DNA of 64,000 nucleotides from Antechinus flavipes (Eukaryota): NCBI RefSeq assembly GCF_016432865.1, contig NC_067402.1, positions 183,582,001 to 183,646,000 of the forward strand, read 5' to 3'. Shown piece by piece: positions 26,624 to 40,185 of this stretch (position 1 is its first letter; each line of letters starts with the position of its first letter). The notes under the pieces were generated by a model. It saw only the letters and a program-made list of their open reading frames with translations, ran no database searches and was not told where the DNA came from. The position numbers and the translations under genes were made by a program.

Positions 26624-28434
26624 AATTCTTCCTTCAACATTTTATATTTCTTCAATAATTTTATATTTCCCAACCACCTGTTAAATACTTATTTCTGCCT
26701 ATTTATACCAATGACATATTAAACTCAATGTGACTTAAATTGAACTTATCATCTTCCTTCTAATTTCCATATGGAAGTTGGAAAGACTCTTACTTAAATC
26801 CTACCTCCAACTCATTAGCAAGAAGCAAATCAAGAGTTTTGTAAAATGCTTGTAATTTTTACTTTATGAAATTGTTGAAGCTCAAATAAGATTATTTCAT
26901 GTAGTACTTTGTGAATATTATGTAAATGGCATTTCTTATGGCATTAATATAATTAACTTCAATTTCCATCACACAAGTATTCAATTCACTTAGCCTCTTA
27001 GAATCTTCTTTGACTCTTTCTTTACATACACACATATATGTGTGTGTTTACCTTAATATATAAAAAATTAGTTGTCAATCTGACTCATTTTTTTGTAAAC
27101 AACCCCTTTATTCCATTCCTAGAGCAACTGCTATGAATCAGTCCCTCATGCCTACTCAAATAGAATATTACAATAACCAGCTGATTGGTCTTCCTATCTT
27201 TATTCAAGTGGTCCTCCAAACTTTCCTCTTCATTGATTCCTGAGTCATCTTCCTAATACATCAATCTGAACATGTGACTCCTCTGCTAAAATCCTTCATC
27301 AACTTGCCTGTGGAATAAAATAATTGTGACATTCAAGATTCAGTTTTTTGTGACTTTCACTTAATTATTCAGACTTATTCCATACTATTGCATATTATTC
27401 TTTTTCATCCTTTCCATTTTTATCAGACTTTACCACTTTCTACTGATGTCTTCCATTCTTGTGCCTTCACTTATATTACTTTCACTCCATCTGCTGATAT
27501 TCACCTCTTTCTTCAAGGACAAACTCGTGCCATTTTTTTTGAAACTTTCTCAGATAATATCTGGCCCTCAGATTTCCTAATTTAAAAATAATTTTAGTAC
27601 TTAAAAGTTGGAAAATTCTTCACTGTTTGGTAATCTACCCTAAAACAAAGATATAACTACAGCTAGGCTTCAAAAGAATACCTCCGATTGTTCAAGCTCA
27701 GAATATCCCACTTTATAATATTGCAATATCTTTTCCACATTTGTCCTTCCACAAGCTATTTTTTAAAAAAGAAATGTTAAGAAAATTGAGACTCACCTCT
27801 ATGTACTTGAAAACTTCAAGATCCAAACCTTGAAAGATAATATTAGTATCTGTTTTTACTAAAAACAGAGTACACTATGCTAAGCTGCTCATAAAAAATA
27901 AGGAAATTTACTATAGATACAATCAGGTGATAGTGGTGATGTTTTGGAAGCTTACTTCTGGCTGCTGTTTAGTATAACAACTAACCATATTTTTAAGAGA
28001 AAATAAAAAAGAAAGAACTTTATTGGCCCCTAATCATTAGTTATAATGAGAATCCTCAAAGTATACCTCCTTTTATTTTTAAAAAATCTTTTAAATTTAA
28101 GATAAATTGAAGTTTTAGAATTCAAATTAAATTTTAAAGGCAGGTGACTTCTAGTCATATATAATAAAGAGGGTTTTCCACATATTTCTCCAATCTAACA
28201 ATATCAAAAGAAGACAAATGAGCTAAATTCATACTGATTAAAGGTGAAATTATAAGATATTTAGGAAGATACAATGCAGAGTAAAAAAATCTCATAAAAT
28301 AAGGTGGAACATTTTAAATACCTAAAGCTCTCATTCCTACTTGATCCTAGTCCACCATGAATATTAGGTATAGCCAAACACTAGCAAGCTCAGTGACTCC
28401 TGTTTCAGATAAGGTTAAGGGAAACTCTTTCTAA

Positions 28435-28438
<4 letters not shown>

Positions 28439-28488
<50 letters not shown>
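28439..28488 (+). repeat. (AC)25 microsatellite
   Basis: Direct reading. Confidence 0.97.
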
Positions 28489-28490
<2 letters not shown>

Positions 28491-28608
28491 TCTCATATTA
28501 ATGACTTAGTTTGAGCCCTATCCCTCAAAACTCCTAGTAGAAAAGGCAGAAAATATTGATTTTTTTTCCAAGTCCTGTGAAATAAAGGCAGGGTAGCTAT
28601 GTGAGTGA

Positions 28609-28804
28609 NNNNNNNNNNNNNNNNNNNNNNNNNNNNNNNNNNNNNNNNNNNNNNNNNNNNNNNNNNNNNNNNNNNNNNNNNNNNNNNNNNNNNNNNNNNN
28701 NNNNNNNNNNNNNNNNNNNNNNNNNNNNNNNNNNNNNNNNNNNNNNNNNNNNNNNNNNNNNNNNNNNNNNNNNNNNNNNNNNNNNNNNNNNNNNNNNNNN
28801 NNNN
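28609..28804. other. Assembly gap, 196 N
   Basis: Run of N; the three poly-X ORFs are artefacts of it. Confidence 0.99.
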
Positions 28805-31380
28805 AGCAGTAGCCTGTGGCAAACAGACTATTATGCTTCTATGGTACTCAAACCAAAGAGCTTAAATCAGGACAGCTAGTAAGTACCAAAGACTTGGAAT
28901 TGTATAATAATTAGATCTAAGATGTCAAAGGGGGACCAGAAGATCCTTAAAAATGAAAATTTTCATTGATTAATATATGCTTGAAAATGAATTAATTAGT
29001 CTAGGGAGTTTTGTAAATTATTCATCACTTTGTTATTTTTATACAAGATCTGTCAGTGCCAACTGCCAGCGGACATCCTTTCTGATAAAAGGAGGCCATA
29101 AGAAAGTTTGATCTTGAGTGGACTGATTGTTTATTTTACTTTTAGTTAAGTAGAACCAAGAAAGAATTGGATTTACTAGTAATATTTGTTTTAAAATTTT
29201 AACCAGGGTTATGTATTATGCTGTTTTGGCATTTATATCAGCAAATAGCTAAAACCAAGTTTTTATTATAGAATTTTAAAAACTATATATGATAAATACT
29301 TGGCTCTGTCACATGTAATATATATTTTTTAATCTTGGACAAATTACTTAAATTCAATAAGTCTCATTTACCTCATCTGTAAAATGGGAGTAATAAGATA
29401 CTACTTACTTTATAGACATGACATGAATCCAATGAGGTCATATATATAAAGCATCTTGAAACTGTAAAGAGAGAAATGGAAGCAATTTTTATTAGTGTTA
29501 ATGCTATCTTGAAATTCCCCAATACTTGATATAGACCAGGTAAAACTCTATTTAAATGATAGTTTTATAGACTTGGATATTGCAGAATTATTTATCCTGC
29601 CAGATGGCTCTGAGAAATAATTCTTTGCTGATCCAGTTCCAGTGAACTGAATGCAAAGACTGTTTGCGAAGTGGTTTCATTGGATCTAGTGTGTATATAT
29701 ATATATATATAATATTTTTATTTTTCTCTCTCTAATTTATTTTGTTAGTCTGGACCTATAATTTGCTCTGCATGGGAAATTCTCACTAGGAAAATTCCCT
29801 TTACTAAAATAGATCAGCAACTGCTTCACCATTTACCAGTGCTACTGGCACTGAGAGATTAAGTGACAATCCAGGTTCACACAGCCAACATTAGTGACTT
29901 AGTAATTAATATCTCTGATGAATTTAGAGGCAGTAGTTTCAAGAAAATGTCAGCATTTGAAGTCAGGTTGCCAAAGTTTAACAAGTCAATGCATGGTAAG
30001 GCATAGAAGGAAAATGTAACAACTTTTTATAGAAATTGTTAGAGAGATGTAAATCAATACCTTGAGTAAGATCAGTGGAAAGGTTATGGTTTTGAATACT
30101 GGAAATTTGAGCAAATTTATAGAAAAAGAGGAAGGAACCAGTAAAGAGAGAAAATTTAAAATTGAAATAATGAGCAAGGGTTTTGAGAAGCTAAGATCAA
30201 GGATACATGTCAAATAGTTAGCTTTGGCAATTAGGTGCCCTATATTTTCACAGCACTATGCTACAATATTATAATCATCTTTTATTATCTGATCATTGCT
30301 TTCATCTTCTTTTCTCCCTAAAATCTAAGCTGCTTATTGAGTTCTTTATATATTTATGTTAACTTTCTTCAGATGAATCCCTTTTTCCTCATTAGATTGT
30401 TTCTCTTTGTGTCTTAAATTTTTTAAAATTTATTTTTAATTTATGAAATAAAACAAGTATTTCCATAACATAATACAATAAAAAAGTGATTGCAAATCTA
30501 TTATGTGAAACTTGCTATTCCTTTTAGTAAAATAATAAGTTATCATGCTTTTAAAAAAGGAGTCCTGTAATTTCCTCTGAGAATAGAGGTAAGAAAGGAG
30601 TTCAAGGTGAATGAAGTTCAAGTAAAGAGTGGAAGGGATCTTATGACAGCCTCAGTCTTCTTGCAAAAGTAGGAAATAAAATCATGTGCACAAAGAGGAG
30701 AATGGGTGGTTGATTGAAATCCTGTTGGGTTCCTTAGAGAAGTGGTTAGGAATAGTGACTATGAGATGTTTGATGAGAAATTAGTCATTAATTAATAGAA
30801 GGATTACCCATGTCCTGTTGAGAGCCCTGTAAATGAACAATTTTAGCTTCATGCATGGGTGATATTTTCCTTTAGGACATTAACTAACCTTTTCAAAGGA
30901 GTGCAGTTCAAGGCAGGTATATTTAACCTAGAGTCTGTGTACTTTTTTTTTTATATTTTGATAACAATATATTTGGTTTCCTTTGTAAGCCTACATATTT
31001 TATTTTGTGCATTTAAAAGCACAAAACTTTATTATCAGAGAGATCTATGACATAAAAGTATTATGAACCACTTTTTAGGACAACTTAGAAACGATATGTG
31101 CCAATTTTGCACTATCGTTTTTAAGAGGTTGACAGGTCACCATTGCCTTGTTTCCTCTCTGGATCCATCCTCTTCCCAAATACCAGCATTTAGCATCCAG
31201 TGGCTAATTGATGGGCATCTTAATATAGGGTTTTAAGATACAACTGTTAGTTTGCTACTTCTATTGCATTTGAAGACTTTCTAGTTTGGTAGACCCAAAA
31301 AGACATGGCCATAGCATCAGAATAGGACTTTTATAAAGATTTTATGTAGGGACAAGCATTTTTTTTAAAAAGGATAGACA

Positions 31381-31640
31381 GGGGCAGCTAGGTGGTGCAG
31401 TGGATAGAGTACCAGCCCTGAAGTCAGGAGGACCTGAGTTCAAATCTGGTCTCAGACACTTAACACTTCTTGGCTGTGTGACCCTGGGCAAGTCACTTAA
31501 CCCCAATTGCCTGAAGTCAGGAGGACCTGAGTTCAAATCTGTTCTCAGACACTTAACACTTCCTGGCTGTGTGACCCTGGGCAAGTCATTTAACCCCAAT
31601 TGCCTCAGCAAAAAATAAATAAATAATAGGAAAAAAATCA
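31381..31640 (+). mobile_element. WSINE1-like CORE-SINE with an internal 93-bp tandem duplication
   Basis: GGGGCAGCTAGGTGG head, A box TGGTGCAGTGG, two B boxes GTTCAAATC, A-rich tail, flanking repeat TTTAAAAAGGATAGACA at 31364-31380 and 31641-31657. Confidence 0.88.
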
Positions 31641-33589
31641 TTTAAAAAGGATAGACATTATTAGCCAGAGTCAAAGACCAGTTGCCATACCTTTCCTTAC
31701 ACTAATGAATCCCAGATTTAGACAACCTCTCCTCCCCACATACATACAAGAAAGAAAAATTATGATTGTTGGTACTTTTATTTATAATGAAATCCTACTG
31801 TGTTTTTGATAAATTAATTTACCTGCTTAAGTGACATTTTCTTTAACTGAGGAGTGAGTGAGCTAAAGGACTTTGTTTACTTATTTCTGCCCTTTGCTCT
31901 AGGTTGATGGTGAGGGCCAACTCTGAATAACAGGGCAGTTTAATATTTAAACAAAGTATCAGATAATTTCTTTGTTAAGAATTATTCTCTTCTACTTCAA
32001 AGTCTCCATAGTTGGCTATTTTTAGAACCAGTTTCACTTGTCACTAAAATTCAAATTCAGAAACAATTTTATCCACATTTAAAATGGCTTTAGAACAAAT
32101 CCAAATGTTTCTATCAAACTAGATTGTGAAGCCTATTTATTTGCACCTTACTTGAGAAGCAATTTGGCAGAGTAGATACAGTAAATTCTAAAAACATAGC
32201 ATGTAATCTTAACTGTGAAAAGACCCTCTAACTCATAATGTTGGAATTGGGAGGAGACCTCAGAAATCATGTAATACAACCCTCTTATAGTAGAGATAAG
32301 GGAACAGTATTCAAGAAAAGTGACTTATTCAAGATCACACAGTGGAGATCAGAGATCAGCAATCTACTCTTTAAAGCATTTAAAGTCTAATTGAAGAAAA
32401 TGTCTGATTCTTCCTTCTTTCTCCCTTCCCCTTCTCCCCCTGGGGAACTGTTCTTCATTACCTAGTTAGATGTTTAAGATATAATTTAGGAAGAAGTAGG
32501 TCTCCAAGTAGAATATCAATGGCTGGGAAAAGGCCTGCTAAGGAAATGAAGTGAAAAGATAGTTGAACATCTTCCCTCAAGATCCAATACCTGGCAGCTA
32601 TTGATATTTTTTCCTATGAAACCCCATAATTAATGGGGCAGGCAACAACAAGCAAGATGTGGTCCAAGGAATCAAAGAGCTTACTACTCAATTTTTGATG
32701 CAACTAGGTAATGCAGTGCAAAAAAAAGTGCTGGATTGAAATCAGGGTTATGTGAGCTGAAATTCTATCACAGACACTTACAATAGGCAAGCTACTTAAT
32801 CTTCTGGTTCCTTAGTTTTCTAATCTGTAAAATGGAGATAATAACAGTCCCTATCTCCTACAGTTATTATGAGCTTCAAATAATAAGATGTAAAGTACTT
32901 TGCAAGCCTTAAAATGCTTTTTCAATACTAGCTAGCTATTACTTAATGTTGATTCTCATCTTCCTAGATTTTGAAAAAGCGACCTGCTTTTGATATTGTT
33001 CCAACTATATTTAAGGATTTTCAAATAAAAATTGTTCTCACCAGGAAGTTCTAAGTACACTGGAGACCTGCTGCATCCAAAGTTTATTGGAATTGTCTTG
33101 AATCATTGAATCTATATATACTTTTAATGTGTTCCCATCTTTTCCAGTATCTTGTTTAAATTTTTATTGCCACTTTTCCTTTAATCCTTAATCTCTCCTT
33201 GTGTGTTGGGTCTTTTTCTGTTATAATCACCTATAATCACCGCCAAAATACTTTTGCATGGTTTTACTGTCCCCACTAATTAATATTATATATCTCTGCT
33301 TTCTTTTTCAGCTAAACTTCTGGAAAATCTGTCTACATTTGGTGCCTTTTTTTCTAAACCCACTGAAATCTGATCTCTTATAGCATCATGATAATTTATT
33401 TCCAAGAATAGTTCACACTCTTTTGCCTGATATTGTCCTAAAAGGGTTATTTGGGTAAAACACTTGAACTACTTAGCCTTTATTATTTATGATGGATTCA
33501 GCTACTAAATAATCTTAAAAGACAGGTCCAAGCCTGTTAACCCCTCATTTAAAAATCATCAATAAGGAGGGTTTTTTGTTTGTTTGTTT

Positions 33590-33762
33590 GCTTTATGAAC
33601 CCCTTTGATTGTCTGAAGCCTATGAACATCTCAGAAAAATGCTTTATATATTGATTAAAATACATTATTTTGCAAAGGAAACCAGTTACATTGAAATACT
33701 GTTATCAAAATATGTTTAAAATGCTAAATTTAGTTTCTGGGTCCCAGGTTAAGAAACTATCA
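33590..33762. mobile_element. hAT-type MITE fragment; partial relative at ~4650-4750
   Basis: GAACCCCTTTG..GAAGCCTATG..CTCAGAA..GGAAACCAGTTACATTGAAATAC..CCCAGGTTAAGAA. Confidence 0.45.
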
Positions 33763-33887
33763 CATCCAGGACAAATATCAAATGTCATTGGCATTTAAAA
33801 CCTTTTACGATATCATCCCAACCTATTTTTTTCCTACTCATTTTACATTCACATACACACACATACACACACAAATATATATATATC

Positions 33888-34083
33888 TGAGGTATCCAAC
33901 CGTAGCCCACAACACACTTAAGTATTGCAGAATCAGATTAAAATGTAACATAAATATTTGAAAAATATAATAACACATAGATAATATTAATATGTGGTTT
34001 TCTAAGTCTACCTGCAGCCCATAGGAATCCTTACATATGAATCAGTGGCCCTCATTTTTATTTGAGTTGACCCTATTGCTCTA
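33888..34083. mobile_element. hAT-Charlie/Cheshire-like MITE; second copy at ~46714-46940
   Basis: Both copies share ATCAGATTAAAA.GTAA and ATAAT.TTAATATGTGGTTTTCTA; family name is from memory of marsupial consensus sequences. Confidence 0.55.
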
Positions 34084-35681
34084 TCTAAATACTAGCCAAA
34101 CTGGACTATTTACTCCACAGAGGTGGCATTCAGTCATCTATCTTTGAGCCTTTATACTAGCTTTCCTCTATGCCCTATCACCTTTATCTTTCAGAATCTT
34201 TAAATTCTTTTAAGACTGAATTTAGTTTGTACCTTCTTTGAGAAGGCTTTCTTGATCTTCCCAGTTCTTTATGCATTCTTTTTTCTCAAATGATCCTCTA
34301 TTTACTTACACAGAGTAAGTAAATCATATCTTTCCAAAAGAATATAAATATCATGAGGGCAAGGACTGTTTTATTTTCATCCTCGAATCCTTGGTTTCCA
34401 ATATTTGGTCTTGCCTCAAGTAAACATTTGATATATGCTTGTTGAGTTGAGCTGAAATCATGACCTTCCATATCTTAGTAGATGGGTTTATGTGTTAATA
34501 TGGCCATGAAAATCATTAGCTGGTGACTAGTGCCTTAATCATGGACCTCTCTTAATTTGTCTAAGCTATTTTTTGGAACTAGACATAGTCTGACTACCAG
34601 ATTCATGCTCTAAAACTTCTATGTCATTGTAATCATTGCTATCATTGTCTAGCATCACAGCAGTAGTAGCAGAAATAGTAATACTAACAACTTAAGTTTA
34701 CTAAGAACTTTATTGTTGCAAATAACTGGTGTTACAATAAATCTATGAGGTAAATAGTACAAGTATTATTTTCATTTTACATATGAATCTTTAGGTTAGG
34801 GTTTTTTGATTATAATCACCTCACTAAAAAGCTCCTTGAGATGAAAGATTTTCATTTTTGTCTCTATTCCTAGTGCTTAGGACAGTTGCTAAGTCATACT
34901 AGATAATAAATGATAATTGAATGAATGAATGAATTTTGAATACCTGCATTTAAGAGCATCATAGTTAAGATGGAAACCCATTTATGGAGTGGAGGTATCT
35001 CACATTTCATTTATAGGTCAGGATGTACAAGAAATGAGGGTAGAGACAAGATGGAATACTGAGAGTCAAGTTTTTGCCTGGATTTTCTCTAAAACTTCTC
35101 TATAACAACTTTAAAAAATGAGTCAAACTGAATTTTTATTTGGAAAGCCAAGAAAGTGTCATAGTGAGTTATTTTTCCAGTCCAAGGAAGCTTAGGAAGA
35201 AATACAAAAAAGTTTATGGACACTGGAGTAAGAGCTGGCTAGGAGTTTGGAGTAGTGGCAGCAGTATCATCAGGACTGGGAGCATTTTTATACCCATGCA
35301 TAGAAAAAGAACTGAGATAGAATAGCAGAGCAAGAAATACCAGAAAGAAAGGGATCTAAGGAGCCCTTCAATTAATATTAGGAACTCTGTCATCTATTAC
35401 CCAGTTCTATGTCACTGATCCAGGTTTGGAGAGGAAAATCCTCAAAATTGCTCCTATTTTCCATTTGTATTGTTATTTTGAATTAGTCTTTCATATGATT
35501 ATAGATCACTTGCCTTCTTCCTGAAATTTTAAATATCCATTGGCCATTTATCTGTTGGAAATGAAGGTTTTAATGTAGATGTATTTTAGTTAAAGGTATA
35601 ATATTTGAATTGTGCAAACAGTATGTGTACTAAAAACTAAAATAGGTCAAATGTTGGGCAACAAGGTGGTGTTAGAGATAG

Positions 35682-35885
35682 AGCACTCAGCCTGGAATCA
35701 AGAAAACCTTAATTCAAATCTGGGTTCACATTTACTAGCTGTGTGACTATGGGCAAATCACTTACTTCTGTTTGCCTCAATTTTCTCATCTTCAAGGTGA
35801 GCTGGAAAAGGAAATGTTAATATGACAGTATCTGACAAGAAAACACTAAATGGAGATTATAGAGTCAAGCAAAACTGAACAACAA
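35682..35885 (+). mobile_element. Mar1-type CORE-SINE
   Basis: Head, CORE (GTGTGACTATGGGCAAATCACTT), then BovB-like tail GACAAGAAAAC..AAATGG..AGAGTC..ACTGAACAAC. Similar copies at ~37090-37300 (+), ~41530-41660 (+), ~46000-46190 (-) and ~54660-54800 (-). Confidence 0.65.
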
Positions 35886-35934
35886 AGGAAAATTTTGTCT
35901 TTTAAAAAAGAAATGAGAGGAGAATTGGTCAGTA

Positions 35935-36980
35935 GAATTTTATTGATTTCAATAAAGCATTTGCCAAAGTTTCTCATGCCAACCTTATGGATAGTACTTG
36001 GATTTTTGATACTACACTTTCACCTAAACTGGAACAAATTCAATGATTAAACCCCAAAGTGTAATTATTAGTTGGTGAATATCAATTTAGCAAGAGTAGA
36101 AATGCTTCTATTCTTGCATCTATGCTGTTCCATATTTTTTATCAGTTATTTGGGTGAAACCATAGAAAGCCTATCTGTCAAACTTGTCAGTGATGAAGGA
36201 TAACATATAATGAGTGATGTAATAGATGTAGAGTCAGGAGGAGTTGATGAGGTTAAATCCTGACCTGTGTATTACCAGTTTGACACTATCAATGTCATAC
36301 AATCTCTCTTAGCTTGTTTCCTCACGGATATAAGGGGGTTCGATTCAGCCCTTAAGATTTCTACCAGTTCTCAATTTTTGATCGTCAAGCTTTCAACCAT
36401 AGCTAACATGTGAAATGGAATAGTGAGTATCCAAAAAGATTTTCACAGGTCAAGTCAAATAAAGATAAGTTTAATAGGGATTAAAATTCTATATTTGGGT
36501 TCAAGAAATTCAGGAAATCATAAGTATAGCTCAAAAGTTTGGGTTGTGATAAGGCCTGAGTTCTTTTATTTTTATTTCATTTTATTTCATTTTTTATTAT
36601 TTATTTTCATTTATTTATTTATATTATTTATTATTATTATTTATTTTCAAAACATATGCATAGATAATTTTTTAACATTTACCTTTTTTAAAACCTTATG
36701 TTCCAAAAAATTTTCTCTTCTTTCCCCCTCTCCCCTTCTCTAGATGGCAAATAATCCAATTTATGTTAAATGTGCAATTCTTCTATATGTAAGACCTGAG
36801 TTCTTTAGTGGATTATAGATTCAAACATTATAACAAGAACAAAAAAGCAAATGACATTCCAGACAACATTTAAAACAGCATGGTGTTTGGCTAGATGCCA
36901 TTTTGAATATTGTAATCAGTATTGTGTGCCAAGTTTTGGAAATTATATAGATACAACAAAGGGAGAGTGATGGAAGAAAA
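35935..36980 (+). mobile_element. L3/CR1 RT remnant, interrupted by a SINE and a short L1
   Basis: IDFNKAFAKVSH at ~35942 (CR1 LDFSKAFDKVSH); downstream CATTTTGAATATTG resembles the HLEYC motif. Confidence 0.55.
36567..36789 (-). mobile_element. Short L1 3' UTR plus tail inserted into an L3/CR1 remnant
   Basis: (TTTAT)-type tail; similar to 8100-8250; 17-bp TSD TAAG(G/A)CCTGAGTTCTTT at 36550-36566 and 36790-36806. Confidence 0.85.
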
Positions 36981-38387
36981 TAGGAATATTTAATATGAAG
37001 AAATTTATTCTGCTTAGCTTTATAAAAAGAATAAGATGGAAGATGCAGAAAGGAAGATTTAAGCTTGATAAAGGCACAATGATAAAGCACCAGGTCTAGT
37101 TAGAAAACATGAGTTCAAACATGGCCTCAAGTACTACCTGTATGACCTTGGGCAAGGCACTTAAACCTGTTTGCCTCATTTCCTCATTTGTAAAATGAAT
37201 TGGAGAAGAAATGATATACCACTTAAAATATATTTGCCAAGAAAACCCCAAATGGGGTCATGGAGAGTTGGACATAACCAAAACAAATGAATAATAAGAA
37301 AAAAAAAATACTTCCTAAAAATTAGAGATGTCCTTGAGTGAACTGGAGTATATTAAAAGGTATTGGGTTCTGTGACTGGTGGTTCTTAAGCAGAGACTGT
37401 ATTGTCACTTCCATTTCTCTAATTCAGTGATATTTGTGAAATAGACTTGCATAACACATTATAATTATTAAACATTTGCCTCTTATTCCTTGTGATTTCC
37501 AGAAGAATATACATAGTGCTTTATATACTTTGAAGACTTAAGTAAACATGAGCTTTATCATCAGCATTATTAACATCATCATTTTACAAATTAAGAAATT
37601 GTGATATGCTTGGGGATCCATGATTAATTAATGACAGAGACAAATATAATAGCATTCTTCTGACTTTTGTCATTTCTTTGTGTGATATCACTTTTCCTAG
37701 AAACCAGAAATAGTAGTACCAATGCTTAAGTATGCCTCAAGAAAAAGGATGGAACAAATAAGGCAACATCTAATTCATAAACATCTATCTAGATAGAACA
37801 TAGACTAATTTCTAATTTAATTTATTAAATATTGTGCAATTTTGCATTTATATTTTAAGCTATGTACAAGATCATTTGGAAGGATTAAATCATAATTATG
37901 ACTCCATGAGTATCTTTTCCTTTCTTCACAAATCTTTAAAATTTGACCCCATATTATTTTTTATTCCTTCATTTTCTCTACTAGTTTTTCTCATGTGGGC
38001 TTGATTCCCTTTCGCTCTTTGTTTTTGCTCTATTTTTTGTTGTTTTAAGGTGATGAAGGGGAATTCAGATTAGATGAACTCATTTATTCAAAGACTTGGC
38101 TGGATATCCATCCAGTTCTTTTAACTTATCCTTATGTAACATATTGTTAAGTTCCCTCACCAATCTGAAGTATCTTTTTTTCTGGAAGCATTGTAGCTTG
38201 TTAATATCTTTTTTGAATTGTGGCACCCAGAACAGCTATTTTGTAATAATTAGGGTCTTGTGAGGAAAAATAATGAATGGAAGGCTTTGCATATATTGTT
38301 CAATCTAAAATTTCCTAATGTGATAGCATTGTAACATGAAGAAAAGTGATTTTAAAATCAATATTAATTTAGAGCTAAAATGCAAAT

Positions 38388-38652
38388 ATAGTTATCCCTT
38401 CCACATTGTAACTTTCCCCATCATCCTTTAGATATATCATGAGACCAGATGACAAAGAAAAAGTTTAGAATCACAGAAATGTATACAATACATGAATAGT
38501 ATTGTACTATATTGATATATTTTATTTTTAATACCATAATAATTTAGACTTCTTTTCTGATATGAAGAGAAGATCAAAAATTTTACTTGGATTTTTCCAG
38601 ATCACAGGGGTGCCATGCCTCTAACATCTGCAAGGTGAAAGAGATAGTTGTA
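38388..38652. mobile_element. Tigger/mariner-like MITE
   Basis: Degenerate terminal inverted repeats TAGTTATCCCTTCCACA and GGTGAAAGAGATAGTTGTA with TA flanks. Confidence 0.45.
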
Positions 38653-39089
38653 TACTCCTACATCCAGATAAATTCGGGAGTTCAAGAGGGAGATTGATTA
38701 TAAGATTCCAGAAGTGAAAGGAGATCTCTGTGATTATCCAGCATAGATGAGAATTTGACAGTTACTATATGATACATATATGATGACAAATACTATATGA
38801 TAAAGCAGGGGCTCATAACAGCTTTTTTTACTCCAAGTCCAATCCTCCCATGACACCACTATTAGAAAATCTTTTATGGGATAGTTAGGGTTCAAGTTTG
38901 GTCTCAAAGGATGAATAACTATTTTAGTGGGGAAAGAATCATGTAAAGTAAGGGAAACCCCCTGGGCAAAAATCCTGAACTAAATAGTCCAACATTACCA
39001 GACAACTGGGGTTATTGTGGTATGTGTTAGATGTAAGAGGACCATGTTATGCTCATTCAGACATAGGAGGTACATGTGGCACTCTAGTA

Positions 39090-40185
39090 ATGTGGAGCCA
39101 TTGAAGATTTTTCAATCCATGAAAAACATTTGTTAAGTTGACTAAGTACTGGGATTGCAAAAAAAAAGAAAAAAAAAGCAAAAAGACAGTTTCTACTCTC
39201 CAGGAGTTTGTAATCTAATGGGAAGAGACAATATACAAATTAATACAAAAGAAATTGTATGCAGGATAAACAGGAAATAATAGAAGGAAGGCTTTAAAGT
39301 TAAGAAGTGTTGCTCTTTTTAATAATGTTAGTGTTAACACTGTAAATTATTCTCTTTATTCTGCTAATTTCACTAATTATCAGTTCATGTTAAGTTTTCC
39401 TAGGTTTCTCTAAAAGTGTCTCTTCATTTCTTCCTGTAGAAGGTGAGGTTTTTAATTTGAACTTGAAGTCAGTGAAGTCAGTGGTTAGAGCAGAGGAGGA
39501 AGAGCATTTCAGAAATGGGAGACAGAGAAAATTCTCAGAATCAAAAGATGAAGTTTCTTTTTCATGGAATAGTCAGGAGTTCAGTGTCTCTGTATGGAAG
39601 TAATTGAATGAAGTGTAAAATGACTAGAATGGTCAGACTGAACTAGATGATGAAGAAGATGGATAGCAAATAGAGCATTTTGTATTTGATCCTAGAAACA
39701 ATAGGGAACCTTAAGTTAATTGAGTTGGAACTGACATGGCTGAACTGGTGCTTTAAGAAAATCTCTTTAATGGCTGAATGGGATATGGATTGGAGTGAAT
39801 AGAGACTTCAGGTAGGCAAGGTACAAGAGGCTATTTCAATGATTCAGGAGTGAGGTGATGAGGGCCTGTGTTAGGTGGTAGCAGTGTCAGAAGGCAGAGG
39901 ACTTGTGCTAAAGATGAAGGTAAAGGTGAAATTGATAAATCTTGACAACAGATTGGATCTGAGAGTGGAAGATAATGAGGAGTTCATAATGATTCCTACG
40001 TTGTGAACCTGAGAGAGTGGGAAGAATAGGGGTTGCCTTCTAAGTAATTGAAAAGATAGGAGAAAGGGAGGGAAGACTCAAAGGGAAAGATAATGAATTT
40101 TGTTTTTTGATATATTGAATTTTAAGATGTCTACTGGACATTCAATTTGAGATATCTGAAAGTCAGTTGGAGGTGCGAGATTGGA
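39090..40185 (-). mobile_element. L2 LINE 3' region, representative of many L2 pieces (also ~4760-5040, 13990-14330, 29940-30230, 49000-49349 with 52359-52600)
   Basis: Starts CATTTGTTAAG..ACTAAGTACT (L2 tail); purine-rich + strand with the typical GATGTCTACTGGACATTCAATTTGAGATATC block. Confidence 0.6.

Noticed and set aside
28493-28879. Three ORFs of 86-109 aa made mostly of X
   Set aside because: Artefacts of translating the N gap.
31381-31460. tRNA-like A and B boxes as a tRNA gene
   Set aside because: Head of a CORE-SINE with tail and TSD; no cloverleaf.
31342-31641. ORFs with a repeated peptide (GGPEFKS..RHLTL.GCVTLGKS.NPNC)
   Set aside because: Translation of the duplicated SINE, not a repeat protein.
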